A stretch of DNA of 64,000 nt from Auanema rhodensis (taxonomy: Eukaryota; Animalia; Nematoda). Under the pieces are notes generated by a model. It saw nothing but the letters and a program-made list of their open reading frames with translations. It did not search any database and was not told the DNA's origin. The position numbers and the translations under genes were made by a program. Of this stretch, positions 25,101-37,000 are shown in pieces. The stretch lies in NCBI GenBank assembly GCA_964057225.1, contig OZ059897.1, positions 21,142,001 to 21,206,000 on the forward strand. The letters are read 5' to 3'. How positions within the stretch are numbered: the first letter of the stretch is position 1; every line of letters begins with the position of its first letter.

Positions 25101-28080
25101 GTTGAGTTTCCATGTACACTCAACATTGCTTCCAAAAACATTTTGACAAAAATTTTTTCGAAAAATTTCAAAATAATTTAGCAAAAAGTAGATGTTTTTA
25201 GATTCCATTACTCAAGGCAAAGACGATGAACAATGTTATTCGACGAAAAAATTATTTCTTCAGGGTGAAAATCGAGGATATAAGTGTGAACTTATATCAG
25301 TTGATATCTCGGTGCATTTTTAAGCTAGCGCAAATCTGATAACACAGATCGACGCAGCTTAAAAATCCGGATCGAATGCACTATACTACATTAAGAAACG
25401 CTTGATACAAAAATTAGTTATGATCGTTTGAAAAATGATGCATTAGTGTATGTTGAGTTTCCATGTACACTCAACATGGCTTCCAAAAACATTTTGACAA
25501 AAATTTTTTCGAAAAATTTCAAAATAATTTAGCAAAAAGTAGATGTTTTTAGATTCCATTTTTCAAGGCAAAGACGATGGACAATGTTATTCAACGAAAA
25601 AATTAATTCTTCAGGGTGAAAATCGAGGATATAAGTGTGAACTTATATCAGTTGATATCTCGGTGCATTTTTAAGCTAGCGCAAATCTGATAACACAAAT
25701 CGACGCAGCTTAAAAATCCGCATCGAATGCACTATACTACATTAAGAAACGCTTGATACAAAAATTAGTTATGATCGTTTGAAAAATGATGCATTAGTGT
25801 ATGTTGAGTTTCCATGTACACTCAACATGGCTTCCAAAAACATTTTGACAAAAATTTTTTCGAAAAATTTCAAAATAATTTAGCAAAAAGTAGATGTTTT
25901 TAGATTCCATTTTTCAAGGCAAAGACGATGGACAATGTTATTCAACGAAAAAATTAATTCTTCAGGGTGAAAATCGAGGATATAAGTGTGAACTTATATC
26001 AGTTGATATCTCGGTGCATTTTTAAGCTAGCGCAAATCTGATAACACAGATCGACGCAGCTTAAAAATCCGAATCGAATGCACTATACTACATTAAGAAA
26101 CGCTTAATACAAAAATTAGTTATGATCGTTTGAAAAATGATGCATTAGTGTATGTTGAGTTTCCATGTACACTCAACATTGCTTCCAAAAACATTTTGAC
26201 AAAAATTTTTTCGAAAAATTTCAAAATAATTTAGCAAAAAGTAGATGTCTTTAGATTCCTTTTTTCAAGGCAAAGACGATGGACAATGTTATTCAACAAA
26301 AAAATTAATTCTTCAGGGTGAAAATCGAGGATATAAGTGTAAACTTATATCAGTTGATATCTCGGTGCATTTTTAAGCTAGCGCAAATCTGATAACACAG
26401 ATCGACGCAGCTTAAAAATCCGCATCGAATGCACTATACTACATTGAGAAACGCTTAATACAAAAATTAGTTATGATCGTTTGAAAAATGATGCATTAGT
26501 GTATGTTGAGTTTCCATGTACACTCAACATTGCTTCCAAAAACATTTTGACAAAAATTTTTTCGAAAAATTTCAAAATAATTTAGCAAAAAGTAGATGTT
26601 TTTAGATTCCATTACTCAAGGCAAAGACGATGAACAATGTTATTCGACGAAAAAATTATTTCTTCAGGGTGAAAATCGAGGATATAAGTGTGAACTTATA
26701 TCAGTTGATATCTCGGTGCATTTTTAAGCTAGCGCAAATCTGATAACACAGATCGACGCAGCTTAAAAATCCGGATCGAATGCACTATACTACATTAAGA
26801 AACGCTTGATACAAAAATTAGTTATGATCGTTTGAAAAATGATGCATTAGTGTATGTTGAGTTTCCATGTACACTCAACATGGCTTCCAAAAACATTTTG
26901 ACAAAAATTTTTTCGAAAAATTTCAAAATAATTTAGCAAAAAGTAGATGTTTTTAGATTCCATTTTTCAAGGCAAAGACGATGGACAATGTTATTCAACG
27001 AAAAAATTAATTCTTCAGGGTGAAAATCGAGGATATAAGTGTGAACTTATATCAGTTGATATCTCGGTGCATTTTTAAGCTAGCGCAAATCTGATAACAC
27101 AAATCGACGCAGCTTAAAAATCCGCATCGAATGCACTATACTACATTAAGAAACGCTTAATACAAAAATTAGTTATGATCGTTTGAAAAATGATGCATTA
27201 GTGTATGTTGAGTTTCCATGTACACTCAACATTGCTTCCAAAAACATTTTGACAAAAATTTTTTCGAAAAATTTCAAAATAATTTAGCAAAAAGTAGATG
27301 TTTTTAGATTCCATTTTTCAAGGCAAAGACGATGGACAATGTTATTCAACGAAAAAATTAATTCTTCAGGGTGAAAATCGAGGATATAAGTGTGAACTTA
27401 TATCAGTTGATATCTCGGTGCATTTTTAAGCTAGCGCAAATCTGATAACACAGATCGACGCAGCTTAAAAATCCGAATCGAATGCACTATACTACATTAA
27501 GAAACGCTTAATACAAAAATTAGTTATGATCGTTTGAAAAATGATGCATTAGTGTATGTTGAGTTTCCATGTACACTCAACATTGCTTCCAAAAACATTT
27601 TGACAAAAATTTTTTCGAAAAATTTCAAGATAATTTAGCAAAAAGTAGATGTTTTTAGATTCCTTTTTTCAAGGCAAAGACGATGGACAATGTTATTTAA
27701 CGAAAAAATTAATTCTTCAGGGTGAAAATCGAGGATATAAGTGTAAACTTATATCAGTTGATATCTCGGTGCATTTTTAAGCTAGCGCAAATCTGATAAC
27801 ACAGATCGACGCAGCTTAAAAATCCGCATCGAATGCACTATACTACATTGAGAAACGCTTAATACAAAAATTAGTTATGATCGTTTGAAAAATGATGCAT
27901 TAGTGTATGTTGAGTTTCCATGTACACTCAACATTGCTTCCAAAAACATTTTGACAAAAATTTTTTCGAAAAATTTCAAAATAATTTAGCAAAAAGTAGA
28001 TGTCTTTAGATTCCTTTTTTCAAGGCAAAGACGATGGACAATGTTATTCAACAAAAAAATTATTTCTTCAGGGTGAAAAT
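16147..28080. repeat. 9-mer/13-mer higher-order repeat: 13-mer (16147-20709), 9-mer (20710-23868), truncated 13-mer (23869-28080)
   Basis: Each unit starts with a GAAAAAGGCTTGA/CCATTACT monomer followed by a TAAATCTTC monomer (M47/48, M60/61, M69/70). The 13-mer equals the 9-mer plus an internal 4-monomer duplication. Confidence 0.82.
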
Positions 28081-31000
28081 CGAGGATATAAGTGTGAACT
28101 TATATCAGTTGATATCTCGGATATCTCGGTGCATTTTTCAGCTAGCGCAAATCTGATAAATCAGATCGACGCAGCTTAAAAATCCGCATCGAATGCACTA
28201 TACTACATTGAGAAACGCTTAATACAAAAATTAGTTATGATCGTTTGAAAAATGATGCATTAGTGTATGTTGAGTTTCCATGTACACTCAACATTGCTTC
28301 CAAAAACATTTTGACAAAAATTTTTTCGAAAAATTTCAAAATAATTTAGCAAAAAGTAGTTGTTTTTAGATTCCTTTTTTCAAGGCAAAGACGATGGACA
28401 ATGTTATTCAACGAAAAAATTATTTCTTCAGGGTGAAAATCGAGGATATAAGTGTGAACTTATATCAGTTGATATCTCGGTGCATTTTTAAGCTAGCGCA
28501 AATCTGATAACACAGATCGACGCAGCTTAAAAATCCGCATCGAATGCACTATACTACATTGAAAAAGGCTTGATACAAAAATTAGTTATGATCGTTTGAA
28601 AAATGATGCATTAGTGTATGTTGAGTTTCCATGTACACTCAACATTGCTTCCAAAAACATTTTGACAAAAATTTTTTCGAAAAATTTCAAAATGATTTAG
28701 CAAAAAGTAGATGTTTTTAGATTCCATTACTCAAGGCAAAGACGATGAACAATGTTATTCGACGAAAAAATTATTTCTTCAGGGTGAAAATCGAGGATAT
28801 AAGTGTGAACTTATATCAGTTGATATCTCGGTGCATTTTTAAGCTAGCGCAAATCTGATAACACAGATCGACGCAGCTTAAAAATCCGGATCGAATGCAC
28901 TATACTACATTGAATAACGCTTAATACAAAAATAAGTTATGATCGTTTGAAAAATGATGCATTAGTGTATGTTGAGTTTCCATGTACACTCAACATTGCT
29001 TCCAAAAACATTTTGACAAAAATTTTTTCGAAAAATTTCAAAATGATTTAGCAAAAAGTAGATGTTTTTAGATTCCATTACTCAAGGCAAGGACGATGGA
29101 CAATGTTATTCAACGAAAAAATTAATTCTTCAGGGTGAAAATCGAGGATATAAGTGTGAACTTATATCAGTTGATATCTCGGTGCATTTTTAAGCTAGCG
29201 CAAATCTGATAACACAAATCGACGCAGCTTAAAAATCCGCATCGAATGCACTATACTACATTGAGAAACGCTTAATACAAAAATTAGTTATGATCGTTTG
29301 AAAAATGATGCATTAGTGTATGTTGAGTTTCCATGTACACTCAACATTGCTTCCAAAAACATTTTGACAAAAATTTTTTCGAAAAATTTCAAAATAATTT
29401 AGCAAAAAGTAGATGTTTTTAGATTCCTTTTTTCAAGGCAAAGACGATGGACAATGTTATTCAACGAAAAAATTATTTCTTCAGGGTGAAAATCGAGGAT
29501 ATAAGTGTGAACTTATATCAGTTGATATCTCGGATATCTCGGTGCATTTTTAAGCTAGCGCAAATCTGATAAATCAGATCGACGCAGCTTAAAAATCCGC
29601 ATCGAATGCACTATACTACATTGAGAAACGCTTAATACAAAAATTAGTTATGATCGTTTGAAAAATGATGCATTAGTGTATGTTGAGTTTCTATGTACAC
29701 TCAACATTGCTTCCAAAAACATTTTGACAAAAATTTTTTCGAAAAATTTCAAAATAATTTAGCAAAAAGTAGATGTTTTTAGATTCCTTTTTTCAAGGCA
29801 AAGACGATGGACAATGTTATTCAACGAAAAAATTATTTCTTCAGGGTGAAAATCGAGGATATAAGTGTGAACTTATATCAGTTGATATCTCGGATATCTC
29901 GGTGCATTTTTAAGCTAGCGCAAATCTGATAAATCAGATCGACGCAGCTTAAAAATCCGCATCGAATGCACTATACTACATTGAGAAACGCTTAATACAA
30001 AAATTAGTTATGATCGTTTGAAAAATGATGCATTAGTGTATGTTGAGTTTCCATGTACACTCAACATTGCTTCCAAAAACATTTTGACAAAAATTTTTTC
30101 GAAAAATTTCAAAATAATTTAGCAAAAAGTAGTTGTTTTTAGATTCCTTTTTTCAAGGCAAAGACGATGGACAATGTTATTCAACGAAAAAATTATTTCT
30201 TCAGGGTGAAAATCGAGGATATAAGTGTGAACTTATATCAGTTGATATCTCGGTGCATTTTTAAGCTAGCGCAAATCTGATAACACAGATCGACGCAGCT
30301 TAAAAATCCGCATCGAATGCACTATACTACATTGAGAAACGCTTAATACAAAAATTAGTTATGATCGTTTGAAAAATGATGCATTAGTGTATGTTGAGTT
30401 TCCATGTACACTCAACATTGCTTCCAAAAACATTTTGACAAAAATTTTTTCGAAAAATTTCAAAATAATTTAGCAAAAAGTAGATGTTTTTAGATTCCTT
30501 TTTTCAAGGCAAAGACGATGGACAATGTTATTCAACGAAAAAATTAATTCTTCAGGGTGAAAATCGAGGATATAAGTGTGAACTTATAAAAGTTGATATC
30601 TCGGTGCATTTTTAAGCTAGCGCAAATCTGATAACACAGATCGACGCAGCTTAAAAATCCGCATCGAATGCACTATACTACATTGAGAAACACTTGATAC
30701 AAAAATTAGTTATGATCGTTTGAAAAATGATGCATTAGTGTATGTTGAGTTTCCATGTACACTCAACATTGCTTCCAAAAACATTTTGACAAAAATTTTT
30801 TCGAAAAAATTCAAAATAATTTAGCAAAAAGTAGATGTTTTTAGATTCCATTTTTCAAGGCAAAGACGATGGACAATGTTATTCAACGAAAAAATTAATT
30901 CTTCAGGGTGAAAATCGAGGATATAAGTGTGAACTTATATCAGTTGATATCTCGGTGCATTTTTAAGCTAGCGCAAATCTGATAACACAGATCGACGCAG

Positions 31001-34000
31001 CTTAAAAATCCGCATCGAATGCACTATACTACATTGAAAAAGGCTTGATACAAAAATTAGTTATGATCGTTTGAAAAATGATGCATTAGTGTATGTTGAG
31101 TTTCCATGTACACTCAACATTGCTTCCAAAAACATTTTGACAAAAATTTTTTCGAAAAATTTCAAAATGATTTAGCAAAAAGTAGATGTTTTTAGATTCC
31201 ATTACTCAAGGCAAAGACGATGAACAATGTTATTCGACGAAAAAATTATTTCTTCAGGGTGAAAATCGAGGATATAAGTGTGAACTTATATCAGTTGATA
31301 TCTCGGTGCATTTTTAAGCTAGCGCAAATCTGATAACACAGATCGACGCAGCTTAAAAATCCGGATCGAATGCACTATACTACATTAAGAAACGCTTGAT
31401 ACAAAAATTAGTTATGATCGTTTGAAAAATGATGCATTAGTGTATGTTGAGTTTCCATGTACACTCAACATGGCTTCCAAAAACATTTTGACAAAAATTT
31501 TTTCGAAAAATTTCAAAATAATTTAGCAAAAAGTAGATGTTTTTAGATTCCATTTTTCAAGGCAAAGACGATGGACAATGTTATTCAACAAAAAAATTAA
31601 TTCTTCAGGGTGAAAATCGAGGATATAAGTGTGAACTTATATCAGTTGATATCTCGGTGCATTTTTAAGCTAGCGCAAATCTGATAACACAAATCGACGC
31701 AGCTTAAAAATCCGCATCGAATGCACTATACTACATTGAGAAACGCTTAATACAAAAATTAGTTATGATCGTTTGAAAAATGATGCATTAGTGTATGTTG
31801 AGTTTCCATGTACACTCAACATTGCTTCCAAAAACATTTTGACAAAAATTTTTTCGAAAAATTTCAAAATAATTTAGCAAAAAGTAGATGTTTTTAGATT
31901 CCATTTTTCAAGGCAAAGACGATGGACAATGTTATTCAACGAAAAAATTAATTCTTCAGGGTGAAAATCGAGGATATAAGTGTGAACTTATATCAGTTGA
32001 TATCTCGGTGCATTTTTAAGCTAGCGCAAATCTGATAACACAGATCGACGCAGCTTAAAAATCCGCATCGAATGCACTATACTACATTGAGAAACGCTTA
32101 ATACAAAAATTAGTTATGATCGTTTGAAAAATGATGCATTAGTGTATGTTGAGTTTCCATGTACACTCAACATTGCTTCCAAAAACATTTTGACAAAAAT
32201 TTTTTCGAAAAATTTCAAAATAATTTAGCAAAAAGTAGATGTTTTTAGATTCCTTTTTTCAAGGCAAAGACGATGGACAATGTTATTCAACGAAAAAATT
32301 ATTTCTTCAGGGTGAAAATCGAGGATATAAGTGTGAACTTATATCAGTTGATATCTCGGATATCTCGGTGCATTTTTAAGCTAGCGCAAATCTGATAAAT
32401 CAGATCGACGCAGCTTAAAAATCCGCATCGAATGCACTATACTACATTGAGAAACGCTTAATACAAAAATTAGTTATGATCGTTTGAAAAATGATGCATT
32501 AGTGTATGTTGAGTTTCCATGTACACTCAACATTGCTTCCAAAAACATTTTGACAAAAATTTTTTCGAAAAATTTCAAAATGATTTAGCAAAAAGTAGAT
32601 GTTTTTAGATTCCATTACTCAAGGCAAAGACGATGAACAATGTTATTCGACGAAAAAATTATTTCTTCAGGGTGAAAATCGAGGATATAAGTGTGAACTT
32701 ATATCAGTTGATATCTCGGTGCATTTTTAAGCTAGCGCAAATCTGATAACACAGATCGACGCAGCTTAAAAATCCGGATCGAATGCACTATACTACATTA
32801 AGAAACGCTTGATACAAAAATTAGTTATGATCGTTTGAAAAATGATGCATTAGTGTATGTTGAGTTTCCATGTACACTCAACATGGCTTCCAAAAACATT
32901 TTGACAAAAATTTTTTCGAAAAATTTCAAAATAATTTAGCAAAAAGTAGATGTTTTTAGATTCCATTTTTCAAGGCAAAGACGATGGACAATGTTATTCA
33001 ACAAAAAAATTAATTCTTCAGGGTGAAAATCGAGGATATAAGTGTGAACTTATATCAGTTGATATCTCGGTGCATTTTTAAGCTAGCGCAAATCTGATAA
33101 CACAAATCGACGCAGCTTAAAAATCCGCATCGAATGCACTATACTACATTGAGAAACGCTTAATACAAAAATTAGTTATGATCGTTTGAAAAATGATGCA
33201 TTAGTGTATGTTGAGTTTCCATGTACACTCAACATTGCTTCCAAAAACATTTTGACAAAAATTTTTTCGAAAAATTTCAAAATAATTTAGCAAAAAGTAG
33301 ATGTTTTTAGATTCCATTTTTCAAGGCAAAGACGATGGACAATGTTATTCAACGAAAAAATTAATTCTTCAGGGTGAAAATCGAGGATATAAGTGTGAAC
33401 TTATATCAGTTGATATCTCGGTGCATTTTTAAGCTAGCGCAAATCTGATAACACAGATCGACGCAGCTTAAAAATCCGCATCGAATGCACTATACTACAT
33501 TGAGAAACGCTTAATACAAAAATTAGTTATGATCGTTTGAAAAATGATGCATTAGTGTATGTTGAGTTTCCATGTACACTCAACATTGCTTCCAAAAACA
33601 TTTTGACAAAAATTTTTTCGAAAAATTTCAAAATAATTTAGCAAAAAGTAGATGTTTTTAGATTCCTTTTTTCAAGGCAAAGACGATGGACAATGTTATT
33701 CAACGAAAAAATTATTTCTTCAGGGTGAAAATCGAGGATATAAGTGTGAACTTATATCAGTTGATATCTCGGATATCTCGGTGCATTTTTAAGCTAGCGC
33801 AAATCTGATAAATCAGATCGACGCAGCTTAAAAATCCGCATCGAATGCACTATACTACATTGAGAAACGCTTAATACAAAAATTAGTTATGATCGTTTGA
33901 AAAATGATGCATTAGTGTATGTTGAGTTTCCATGTACACTCAACATTGCTTCCAAAAACATTTTGACAAAAATTTTTTCGAAAAATTTCAAAATAATTTA

Positions 34001-37000
34001 GCAAAAAGTAGATGTTTTTAGATTCCTTTTTTCAAGGCAAAGACGATGGACAATGTTATTCAACGAAAAAAGTATTTCTTCAGGGTGAAAATCGAGGATA
34101 TAAGTGTGAACTTATATCAGTTGATATCTCGGATATCTCGGTGCATTTTTAAGCTAGCGCAAATCTGATAAATCAGATCGACGCAGCTTAAAAATCCGCA
34201 TCGAATGCACTATACTACATTGAGAAACGCTTAATACAAAAATTAGTTATGATCGTTTGAAAAATGATGCATTAGTGTATGTTGAGTTTCCATGTACACT
34301 CAACATTGCTTCCAAAAACATTTTGACAAAAATTTTTTCGAAAAATTTCAAAATAATTTAGCAAAAAGTAGATGTTTTTAGATTCCTTTTTTCAAGGCAA
34401 AGACGATGGACAATGTTATTCAACGAAAAAATTATTTCTTCAGGGTGAAAATCGAGGATATAAGTGTGAACTTATATCAGTTGATATCTCGGATATCTCG
34501 GTGCATTTTTCAGCTAGCGCAAATCTGATAAATCAGATCGACGCAGCTTAAAAATCCGCATCGAATGCACTATACTACATTGAGAAACGCTTAATACAAA
34601 AATTAGTTATGATCGTTTGAAAAATGATGCATTAGTGTATGTTGAGTTTCCATGTACACTCAACATTGCTTCCAAAAACATTTTGACAAAAATTTTTTCG
34701 AAAAATTTCAAAATAATTTAGCAAAAAGTAGTTGTTTTTAGATTCCTTTTTTCAAGGCAAAGACGATGGACAATGTTATTCAACGAAAAAATTATTTCTT
34801 CAGGGTGAAAATCGAGGATATAAGTGTGAACTTATATCAGTTGATATCTCGGTGCATTTTTAAGCTAGCGCAAATCTGATAACACAGATCGACGCAGCTT
34901 AAAAATTCGCATCGAATGCACTATACTACATTGAGAAACACTTGATACAAAAATTAGTTATAATCGTTTGAAAAATGATGCATTAGTGTATGTTGAGTTT
35001 CCATGTACACTCAACATTGCTTCCAAAAACATTTTGACAAAAATTTTTTCGAAAAATTTCAAAATAATTTAGCAAAAAGTAGATGTTTTTAGATTCCATT
35101 TTTCAAGGCAAAGACGATGGACAATGTTATTCAACGAAAAAATTAATTCTTCAGGGTGAAAATCGAGGATATAAGTGTGAACTTATATCAGTTGATATCT
35201 CGGTGCATTTTTAAGCTAGCGCAAATCTGATAACACAGATCGACGCAGCTTAAAAATCCGCATCGAATGCACTATACTACATTGAGAAACGCTTGTTACA
35301 AAAATAAGTTATGATCGTTTGAAAAATGATGCATTAGTGTATGTTGAGTTTCCATGTACACTCAACATTGCTTCCAAAAACATTTTGACAAAAATTTTTT
35401 CGAAAAATTTCAAAATAATTTAGCAAAAAGTAGATGTTTTTAGATTCCTTTTTTCAAGGCAAAGACGATGGACAATGTTATTCAACGAAAAAATTAATTC
35501 TTCAGGGTGAAAATCGAGGATATAAGTGTGAACTTATATCAGTTGATATCTCGGTGCATTTTTAAGCTAGCGCAAATCTGATAACACAGATCGACGCAGC
35601 TTAAAAATCCGCATCGAATGCACTATACTACATTGAGAAACGCTTGATACAAAAATTAGTTATGATCGTTTGAAAAATGATGCATTAGTGTATGTTGAGT
35701 TTCCATGTACACTCAACATTGCTTCCAAAAACATTTTGACAAAAATTTTTTCGAAAAATTTCAAAATAATTCAGCGAAAAGTAAATGTTTTTAGATTCCA
35801 TTTTTCAAGGCAAAGACGATGGACAATGTTATTCAACGAAAAAATTAATTCTTCAGGGTGAAAATCGAGGATATAAGTGTGAACTTATAAAAGTTGATAT
35901 CTCGGTGCATTTTTAAGCTAGCGCAAATCTGATAACACAGATCGACGCAGCTTAAAAATCCGCATCGAATGCACTATACTACATTGAGAAACGCTTGATA
36001 CAAAAATTAGTTATAATCGTTTGAAAAATGATGCATTAGTGTATGTTGAGTTTCCATGTACACTCAATATTGCTTCCAAAAACATTTTGACAAAAATTTT
36101 TTCGAAAAATTTCAAAATAATTTAGCAAAAAGTAGATGTTTTTAGATTTCATTTTTCAAAGCAAAGAGGATGGACAATGTTATTCAACGAAAAAATTAAT
36201 TCTTCAGGGTGAAAATCGAGGATATAAGTGTGAACTTATATCAGTTGATATCTCGGTGCATTTTTAAGCTAGCGCAAATCTGATAACACAGATCGACGCA
36301 GCTTAAAAATCCGCATCGAATGCACTATACTACATTGAGAAACACTTGATACAAAAATTAGTTATAATCGTTTGAAAAATGATGCATTAGTGTATGTTGA
36401 GTTTCCATGTACACTCAACATTGCTTCCAAAAACATTTTGACAAAAATTTTTTCGAAAAATTTCAAAATAATTTAGCAAAAAGTAGATGTTTTTAGATTT
36501 CATTTTTCAAGGCAAAGACGATGGACAATGTTATTCAACGAAAAAATTAATTCTTCAGGGTGAAAATCGAGGATACAAGTGTGAACTTATATCAGTTGAT
36601 ATCTCGGTGCATTTTTAAGCTAGCGCAAATCTGATAACACAGATCGACGCAGCTTAAAAATCCGCATCGAATGCACTATACTACATTGAGAAACGCTTAA
36701 TACAAAAATTAGTTATGATCGTTTGAAAAATGATGCATTAGTGTATGTTGAGTTTCCATGTACACTCAACATTGCTTCCAAAAACATTTTGACAAAAATT
36801 TTTCCGAAAAATTTCAAAATAATTTAGCAAAAAGTAGATGTTTTTAGATTCCATTTTTCAAGGCAAAGACGATGGACGATGTTATTCAACGGAAAAATTA
36901 ATTCTTCAGGGTGAAAATCGAGGATATAAGTGTGAACTTATATCAGTTGATATCTCGGTGCATTTTTAAGCTAGCGCAAATCTGATAACACAGATCGACG

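Noticed and set aside
35670-35861. 63-aa ORF (TTG start) from the ORF track
   Set aside because: It lies wholly within a satellite monomer and is open only because TAG became CAG at pos 258. The other 180 monomers are not reported as ORFs, and there is no recognisable domain.
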